A stretch of DNA of 64,000 nucleotides from Octopus vulgaris (taxonomy: Eukaryota): assembly GCA_951406725.2 (NCBI GenBank), contig OX597822.1, forward strand, positions 7,378,001 to 7,442,000, in the 5' to 3' direction. The notes beneath the pieces are model-generated. The model worked only from the letters and a program-made list of their open reading frames with translations, searched no databases and was not told the origin of the DNA. This document shows positions 54,846-64,000 of this stretch, piece after piece. Within the stretch, counting starts at the first letter, position 1. Each line of letters opens with the position of its first letter. The position numbers and the translations under genes are program-made.

Positions 54846-56882
54846 CTATTACAACCTCAATATATATTTCAACAAGTGGTCAAAATAAGAAATTATTTAT
54901 GACCACTATCATCTCGTCAAAACCAAAATCCTATTCTCAGCCCTTTAGTATCTTACCTCTTTATCCCTTACTCTACTTTATACTCTTAACTATTTTGTCT
55001 TTATCTCTTTTGTTACTCTATTCTAATTTGATTCATTCATATTTATATGTGGATCTAACTTCATTATCCTTATTTTTACTTTTATTATTTTTGCTTTTAT
55101 TACTTTACTCTTGTCTTTTGCTTTTATTGTCTTTTACTTCCATTACTCTTACTCTTTATTTCTTATTTTTTATTCTTTAACTTTTATTTTTTCTCTCTAT
55201 TTTTTCTTTTTATCTTATCTTCCTTCCTATCGTATAGATGAGAATTAAATATAAATTCATTGCAATCTATTTAACATTCACTCTATGCTGATTAGTGATA
55301 CAGCATGGGCAGTTTGTTCTAAAGATCAAGCTCAGTCGATCGTGGATTTGAGGAGCGGAACTAGCTGTTCACTATTATCTTAAGCATGGTCATTGCGCAT
55401 GCGCATACTTCTTGTTCAGTCAGATGATAATGCGCAACACAGGCAATTTGGAATTAGATATTCAATGGATTGTTCTTTCAACTAATTACACGATAATCAA
55501 CACGGTGTTAGTTTCTAGTTAAAATGGCTAGTAGTCCTCACAGAGAATTTAGACAAGTCGACAGCGAACGTCTCTTCAAGAGTTTAAACGCAATTTAAGG
55601 ACATTCCGTTAACTATTTTATCTAATTGTTGTCTTTTTTGGTTAGAGATTTTCTTAATCAAATCTCGAGATTTCTTGTAATCTTCTCCATTTCCATGCAG
55701 TAATAATTTCTATAAAAAGCGAAAATAAGTTAATCCCTTGGCTTTCATCTCAGTGTCAAGAAACATTGTGCATTCCTAGGTGGGTCGTTGGAATAAAATT
55801 GGGATAGTTCTATATTTGATTTTTTCAAATTAAAAAGGAAATAATGCATTGACGTATTAGATATTTGAGATCTCCTTTAAGATTTCAATATTCCTTTGTG
55901 AAATATGCAATACTAAGCTATTATGAAATCTACTGGCATTACAACACTCAAATCGTAATTTAGAACATTGAACATTTTGATCACTTATGACTTGTGCTCA
56001 TAGATTGATTCAGACATTGACGCAAGAAATATTTTCTAATGCAAGCTTAAGTATCACTGGTTAATAGAATATTTGTTATATGTTGTATACTGGCATATTA
56101 TCTCTTCATATATGTACAATTGCTCAGCAAACAGGACAGATGCAACTGATGTATAACTCTTGATTCATATATTCAGATTTCTTATATGGGCAATTTACTG
56201 TATATTTTATGAGAGGATATCACCTCAGTATTTGATATAGATTACCATCATCCATGCATGAGGAATGGAATGTCTAAGGGTGTGGCATAACATCGTTATT
56301 ATCTTAAATGTTTTAAAGGACACGGCATAAATGAATATTAATAAGGTGGTTTATCAAAAACACCAAAACCTTGTCCCTAATTGCCAATCTGAGCGTCACA
56401 AACATTTTTTGGTAACTTAACTGTTTCATCTGGATTCGATGAGCAAATGAAACCTGCCAAGCAGAGAGCATATGACGGGGAAACAGAAGACGCAATGGAT
56501 CGCAGGAAAAACGCTCGGGTTTGTTTCTTCTATGCTCAAAACTAACATAAAAATATGAGGTTACAGGAGGAACTTTGAAATAGATACTGCAATACATATT
56601 CCGTGATTTACGCAGATTCGTTTTTGCACAATAACAAGTGAATAAAACTTAGAATACCACTATTCATGTGGCAGAATTTATAGATATTAAATCACCAAAG
56701 AAGATGAGATTAAAGACAAAACAAAAAAAAGCGGTAAAAAAGAACATAATAGAATAAAGAATCATCTATCACTCTTATCGATTTAGCATTAGAAATTTCA
56801 TTGCAATGTCTGACAGAGATAACCCAGAAAATGAGAAGAGATATGTACATGGATTATATATATGTGTGTGTGTGTATGCATA

Positions 56883-56927
<45 letters not shown>

Positions 56928-56940
56928 AAATATATGTATG

Positions 56941-56991
<51 letters not shown>

Positions 56992-57380
56992 ATATATATA
57001 TAGATATCTACATTCATACACACATATTAATATATATTACGAAAACAATAAAAGAATATATGTATTCAAATATGTGCATGTATACATATATGTACATGCA
57101 TATGAATATATATTTATATACGCATGTGTTTCTGTGTGTGTGAATGAGTGTGTGTATGCATATGTATATGTATATACTGTGTATTCAGTTTTCAAATATA
57201 AAATGAAAATGCAGTAGCTCAAATCAAGATTTCAAGCGAACGTTTAACGTAAATCATTATCATCAGTAATTGGAGGTTTTCGCGAAAACTATATTTAAAC
57301 TTCTCTGCTTTTAAGCAGTATTAATATACATGTATTAATATACATCCATACCCGCACCGACACACTTTCAGACACACACG

Positions 57381-57481
<101 letters not shown>

Positions 57482-57732
57482 ATATACATACATATTATAT
57501 ATATTTTATGTATGAATATGAACAGAGCGACGAAGCTTTGTGTACAACGAAATGTAAATGCTTTTCCATTCCTTCCATTTCTCCTCTCAACTGGCATTTG
57601 GAACGTAGACCCATGTGTGGTTTGCTTGAATGTGCACATTTCTCTTCAGGATATAACAAACACAATCATACAAATGGCTCTAGTAAAATACACACATGAT
57701 AATGTTGAATTTCATGATAAAGGGATGCCTAT

Positions 57733-58084
57733 CAGCAACATGGTTCCGGGTTCAGTCCCACTGCGTGACACCTTGAGCAAGTGTCTTCTACTATAGCCTC
57801 GGGCCGACCAATGCCTTGTGAGTGGATTTGGTAGACGGAAACTGAAAGAAGCCTGTCGTATATATGTATATATATATATATGTATGTGTGTGTGTTTGTC
57901 TCCCCAACATCGCTTGACAACCGATGCTGGTGTGTTTACGTCCCCGTAACACTGCGGTTCGGCAAAATAGACCGATAGAATAAGTACTGGGCTTACAAAG
58001 AATAAGTCCCGGGGTCGATTTGCTCGACTAAAGGCGGTGCTTCAGCATGGCCGCAGTCAAATGACTGAAACAACTAAAAGAGTA
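57733..58084 (+). mobile_element. SINE family B, slightly 5'-truncated
   Basis: Near-identical to 16580-16945. Confidence 0.88.
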
Positions 58085-58290
58085 GATATCAGTTTTATAC
58101 ATCTAATATAAAACTCTGTCTTTCTCCAACAGAAGTGTATTTCATCCTCTCACTATTTATCCAACTTTGGAATTGCTTACATCCGTTTCCCCCTCACAGT
58201 GTATTACTATTTAAACATATACGATGCAGCAATTTTTATTTTCATGATCATTACCTTAAATCGCTTGGAAATGGTTCACATACTCCAACT

Positions 58291-58977
58291 TTGGTCAAAC
58301 TAAAGTGTTTAACCCGAACAAAGAAAATAGTGCAATACGTTTACAACATCATGTAGTAACGTATATGAAAATAAAATGTGCGCTGCCGAAGGGGGCGGGG
58401 AGAGGACTCGGAAAATTCACATCGTGAATGTTCCTAGTCCTCTCACTTCTTCCCCGTTCGTCGGCGAATTTCGTCTTCTACATGTTGTTTTAAACCTATT
58501 ACACTATCTTTTTTTCTCGTTTTGTGAACAGGTGCTAACGTTGAGTTTTGGGATCCTGTGAGATCGATCGTGTGAATTTTCCGAGTCGTTTCCCCCAACC
58601 CTTCCGCTCGCCAGCGCGCATTTTTTTCACATTCCTTTACTACATGTTGTTTTACACCTATTACACTATTTATTTTTCATTTTTGTGACCGGGTGTCGAA
58701 GTGGGGTTACTGAATCGTCTTAATTATCCGCTAACCATCCCCGTTACAAAAATTGAAAAAATAGTATACTATATGTAAAATAATGTGTACTAAACGAATA
58801 TGAAGGAAAACATTTCACCGACAGATAAGGAAGTGGTGAGAGGATTCGGAACATACCTGATGCGAATTTTCCTCTCTCTGCCCTCTGTTCGCTGGCGCGC
58901 ATTTTATTCTTACATTTTCGCTTAGTACGTGTTGCACTATTTTTTGGCTCGGGTCAAACACTTTAGTTTGACCCCCA
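58291..58977. mobile_element. MITE-like element with terminal and internal inverted repeats
   Basis: GGTCAAACTAAAGTGTTTAACCCGA...AAAATAGTGCAA (58293) vs TTGCACTATTTT...TCGGGTCAAACACTTTAGTTTGACC (58973); internal GACTCGGAAAATTCAC / GTGAATTTTCCGAGTC. Confidence 0.78.
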
Positions 58978-60039
58978 AATTTTAGGATGCAAATTCTAAC
59001 ATCAATCTAGGATGAAAATTTTAACATTCAGTTACATTCTATTTAAAATTAGCCTTGGAGTGGAATATAACTAAAAGAAATTTTGAAACCTGCAAAAGGA
59101 AATGAATTCATTATATGATTTGATTGATATTGAGTCGATACGTAATTCAACAAAGAAATATGCAGAAAAATTATATCATGTACTTTTGTGATTATCGGAT
59201 CTTTACATTACATCTTGATTAACTAGCGATAACATAAAAAGTAAATCTGTGACATACTGTACCGCAATAAAATAACAATTTGTTAGAGAATATCCATGCT
59301 TAGAAATGTATTATACACCGATCCTGGCGTTCTTTCCAAATGTCCACTGTCTGAATATTTTTTTCAAATATAAGTTTCAAGTTTGAAGAAAGCTTTTATC
59401 AAGCCACAACGTGAAAGAAACGTTTCTTCACGTTTCGTTCACAAAGATTTTACTATTTTTAGTTTTACACCAACATATAAATGTATAAGGATCTTCTTCA
59501 GTGTTTTGTTTCGCGTTTCAAAAATGTTCTGATTGGGATATTGTAAATGGAAACCTGAGTCATTTTACCAGCCAGCTTCAGGTCGGAAAAGGGTAAATTC
59601 GTTCTAGAACCCTGGCTCATTAAGCCTGTAATTTGTGTGTGTGCGTGTATATATAAATATATATATATATATATGGTGGTAAGATTTTTCTAGTATTTTC
59701 AGATTTATTTATCGGAATAATATGTTGATAAAGGAAATGAATCTCTGATTTTATTCCATAAACGTGCATCCATAATTGACCGGACATTGTTTGATTTCGT
59801 TGTTTTTCTTCGTTTTTTTACCATAGAGAGTTACAAATACTGTTGTTTGTGGGACATATTTTTGTAGTTAAAGAAATAATACTCGTCTGGCTGCTATTTC
59901 TGATACTTTCGGTATGTGGTCTAGCAACCTGTTGCAAAAACCCCCATTGTTATAATTATATATAATTTTACCGAATATGGTCCTTTTTCATACCGAAAAA
60001 CTACTTGGTGAAATTTGTTGATTTTATTAAATTAATTAT

Positions 60040-60410
60040 ATTGCTTCCCAACCACATGGTTCCGAGTTCAGTCTCGCTGCGTGGCATCTTGGGCAAATGT
60101 TTTCTACTCTAGCCGCGGGACGAGCAAAGTCTTCTTAGTGGATTTGGTAGACGGTTACTGAAGGAAGCCAGTCGTGAATATGTATATATTTATGTGTGTG
60201 TGTGCCTTTTTGTCGTTGTTTACCCCTACACCAACCATCACATAACAACCTGAGTTGGTGGGTCTACGTGTACGTAACTTAGCTGTTCGGTAACACGGGA
60301 CTCCGATGGAATAAATAGTAGGCTTTAAGTAAGTAACTTTGTTTATTTATTTTTTCGACTAAAACCCTTAAAGGTGGTCCACCAGCGTAGCCGCAGTCAG
60401 ATGTCTGAAT
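60040..60410 (+). mobile_element. SINE family B, diverged
   Basis: CCAACCACATGGTTCCGAGTTCAGTC...GGATTTGGTAGACGG...CCAGCGTAGCCGCAGTC. Confidence 0.8.
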
Positions 60411-60460
60411 CCCGTAAGAGATATATAGATATGCATACATACACACACACACACACACAC

Positions 60461-60575
<115 letters not shown>

Positions 60576-60699
60576 AAATATATATATATATATATATAAT
60601 ATATATATATATATATGTATGTACGTATGTATCTATGTATAATAGTGTTTGGTTCGAATTTAAAAATATTTAAATACATCATTTTCCAGATATCACGTT

Positions 60700-60792
60700 T
60701 CTTAGAATCATTGTCTGTATTCTTGTTACCACAACGTTTCGGCTGATGTACTCGCCAGCTTTCATCAGGTCTCCTGCTGGATTTTCGAACAC
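60700..60792 (-). ncRNA. Hammerhead motif (60728-60772) in a SINE-tail fragment
   Basis: GAC-CUGAUGA-AAGCUG(GCGAGUACAU)CAGCC-GAAA-CGUU-GU; stem I is weak in this copy. Confidence 0.7.
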
Positions 60793-62395
60793 AACCTTTT
60801 ATTTGTTTAGCTGTTATTAAATCCTGATTGAACAATTTTTTGCTACTTATTCGGCTCAAGCCCTTCAGATAGTCAATATCTTACGTTGACTTTCAAAATG
60901 CAACTGTACACTACAGGGTGTGACGTTATTTATTGTTTGGGTATACGTTCTTCATATTATTTTCGAACTTCCAGTATGTTGTTGAATACTGTTGCTTAGT
61001 AGACGTGTCATTAATTAGAAATCACCAGTCGTTGTTCATCTGCGCATGGACATGGACCGCTGTTTTATAAATGCGTGAAAATTCGATGTATTATTGATAC
61101 GCTGTACGGGATGGGCCCTAAGTATCGGGTTTGTTTCCACGTTGTATTTGCAAATTGGATCGCAGTTAACAATGATCCACAGAAGTATATTAGTAGCTGT
61201 AGCTATGCGATGTGTTGCGTTAAAAAGAACTCTTATCGTGGACTAAATGGCATGTTTACTTCTTTATAAACGTAGATTTTGTCAATAAAGGGATATGCCT
61301 GCTACTTTTAGCAAGCTTAACTACCGCTTAAAAACACCCAACTATAAATCTAATTATGTTTTCTGCCTCTAGATTTTGAGGTTGATGTTATGTCAGAAAC
61401 CAAGGAAATTTAATACTTTGTACAAAGCACCGTGCCAATTCCATATCTATGCTTCTTTTTTTTCTTTTGCTCATATCTAATATGTAGGTGTCGTGAACAT
61501 GGAAATTTCGGCGTCCACCCTTTTTTGAAATGTGGAATTATTTTTTTAAAAAGTTATATAAGTTGTACATTATATCTATAGAAGCAGCTAAGTTGGATGC
61601 ATTGCATCGCGGCTAAATGTGTTTACTTCCTACTAGCCTTCTGTGAAAGCCAGGTTGAACAATGGTTTAGGTGTTCAATGAGGAAGTTATTTCCTAATCA
61701 TTCATCTTTTGTTGACAGAATTGCTAGCAGGAGTTTGCCTTTTGTCCACGGAAATGCAAGCAGATGCAATTAAGATAACTCGGAATGTCAATTTAAAGAA
61801 TATGATCTAAAAGAAATATACATAGAAGCAAAAATGAATCTCCATGACGCTTCTAACAATCTCACGATAAGAGGCAGCATAGCTATGCTCATATCTAGAT
61901 TTATCCATACTACTGTCACAAAATGATTTGATGCTTGATTTAGGGAAGCGTCTTTGATGTGAAGAGCATTAGAAATTTACTAATTCGTTAGATCCTAAGA
62001 TGGGAATCCAGTAATTCTCCATCTACTGATTTTACATTAAATACGAAATTTGAAATGCACTTTTCTTACAAGTTGTTGGCTATGGCATTCACCATATTGT
62101 ATATATTTCCTAAATATAGAAAATTGTGTGTTGTAGGGAAACTATTGGATTGATAACTAGAAAGGAAAGATTTCTGGAGGTGTGAAATCGAAATGTAAAA
62201 AGTTTCACTAGAAACAAAACTAGATCTTTAGGACTCGTCTGGCACACAAACGTATCGTAAATTTGCAAATCCTTTTAAATAAGTCCGTATGGCGAATCTT
62301 ATTGTTTTTCAAACGATTACAAATGAAAGGATTGACTTGAAACAGTAATATTGGATACACATCAATTTTACTATGTTAAAATTGTTTACATCATA

Positions 62396-62670
62396 CCTTT
62401 TGTCTTTTACCTGTTTTAGTCAAAACACTGTGGCCATGCTGGGGCACTACATTGAAGAATTTTAAGTCCAACAAATCGACTGCAGTACTTAATTAGTTTT
62501 ACTAATCGAGATACTTCTACCTTTCCCTTTGCTGAAATACTAAGTTACAAGGACCAGAAGCACTACCATCGGTTACCAGGCTGTGGTGGGGTATACACAC
62601 AGACATAGACACAGAGAGGGACAAACACACACCCGAACACATACACACACACACGCACAATGTATGCGAT
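62396..62670 (-). mobile_element. SINE family B 3' half, diverged
   Basis: CTGTGGCCATGCTGGGGCAC...AAATCGAC...CTAAGTTAC. Confidence 0.6.
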
Positions 62671-62835
62671 GGTTTTTTGTAACCAGTGTCGAAATTTACA
62701 ATGTTGCAAATGATAATAATATTTTATAAGCTTAAAGTTTAATTAATGACTAAAGAAAATAGTCTAATATTGAGGTCTATAGTAGACAAGATTCTTTAGT
62801 CACTACACGGTGACCGCTAATAAGCTTTAAGCTTA

Positions 62836-62897
<62 letters not shown>

Positions 62898-63134
62898 ATG
62901 TGTGTGTGTGTGTGTGTGTGTGCGTGTGTGTAAGAAGAGTGTACAATTGTCAGAAATCACAATTATAATGGAAAGGGATGTAAAAACCACTACATGTCTA
63001 GAAATAGCAGTCAAAACCGCTGCTTCAATAAGTAAAAGCAGATATATTCATAAATAATTGTTCACGATATATCCTTTGCAATGTATTTTTACAAGCTACT
63101 TATATACATATATACATACATACATGTATAAATA

Positions 63135-63233
<99 letters not shown>

Positions 63234-63234
63234 T

Positions 63235-63345
63235 GATTCTAGTTTCAGCTCATGAGCTGTCGGCATGCTGGGGCACCGCCATTTTTAATTGGGGGGCCAC
63301 ATGAGCTCCCCAGCAAGAGAAACTAGAAAGTCATACTCAACCGAC
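63235..63345 (-). mobile_element. CR1/L2-type LINE 3' tail fragment
   Basis: Minus strand GGCGGTGCCCCAGCATGCCGACAGCTCATGAGCTGAAACTAGAAT matches 3432-3475. Confidence 0.65.
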
Positions 63346-63360
63346 TATCTAGGATATGCG

Positions 63361-63411
<51 letters not shown>

Positions 63412-63426
63412 CGCATCTGTGTATAC

Positions 63427-63471
<45 letters not shown>

Positions 63472-63493
63472 TACATATATGTATATATATATT

Positions 63494-63549
<56 letters not shown>

Positions 63550-63560
63550 CATATATATAT

Positions 63561-63654
63561 AAGGAAAATAGGACAAGGTAGAAAATGATACAATGATTTT
63601 ATTATGAAACATATTTTAGTACCGGTTTCCTTTTTTTATACTTTTTCAACTAAG
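63561..63654 (-). ncRNA. Hammerhead-like motif with UUGAAAA core (63616-63653)
   Basis: UUAG-UUGAAAA-...-GAAA-CCGG-UA-CUAA; perfect stem I, poor stem II; homologous to 13371-13458. Confidence 0.45.
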
Positions 63655-63918
63655 AGCGAGATAAGAAAAACTATGAAATTGGAGAAAAAAATTTGAGAGA
63701 AAATATTTTGTAGATATTTTCATAATCTTTGAAGAGGTAAATACTTCAATAGTTTTCAGACATCCTGTCTCTCTGTGTATTCTCTCTGGTATGGAGTTAG
63801 TATTAAATCTACCCTCAGCTACTCCTACTTAAACCATCAACTCTCTGTACACAAACTATTCATTGAAAGTTACTACTAACTACCAACCTACCAGGCATTC
63901 ACAAATGAATAGGGAGAC

Positions 63919-63953
<35 letters not shown>

Positions 63954-64000
63954 GAGGGAGAGAGAGAGAGAAAGAGAGAGAGAGACAGGTAGTCTGAAAA

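Overview
AT-rich, microsatellite-saturated eukaryotic (animal) non-genic DNA. The repeat families and (TA)n/(TAA)n/(CTAT)n density suggest an octopus or other cephalopod (inference, no database search). I could not support any host protein-coding exon; almost all ORF-track entries are translated microsatellites. The recognisable content is decayed mobile elements: at least four tRNA-derived SINE families, a CR1/L2-type LINE 3' end, HERO and R4/Dong RLE-type LINEs, RTE-derived bipartite elements, mariner copies, a DNA-transposase relic, a Gypsy gag-pro-RT relic, a non-autonomous Helitron, MITE-like foldbacks, and a 5'-truncated Penelope-like element with a GIY-YIG domain. The most striking signal is about 17 minimal type I hammerhead-ribozyme motifs read by eye, carried by roughly ten short non-coding element families. 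Most sit in or beside microsatellites, and several form inverted pairs. Some have family-fixed core variants (CUGUNGA, CCGAUGA, UUGAAAA), and one family is fused to a tRNA-type Pol III SINE head.
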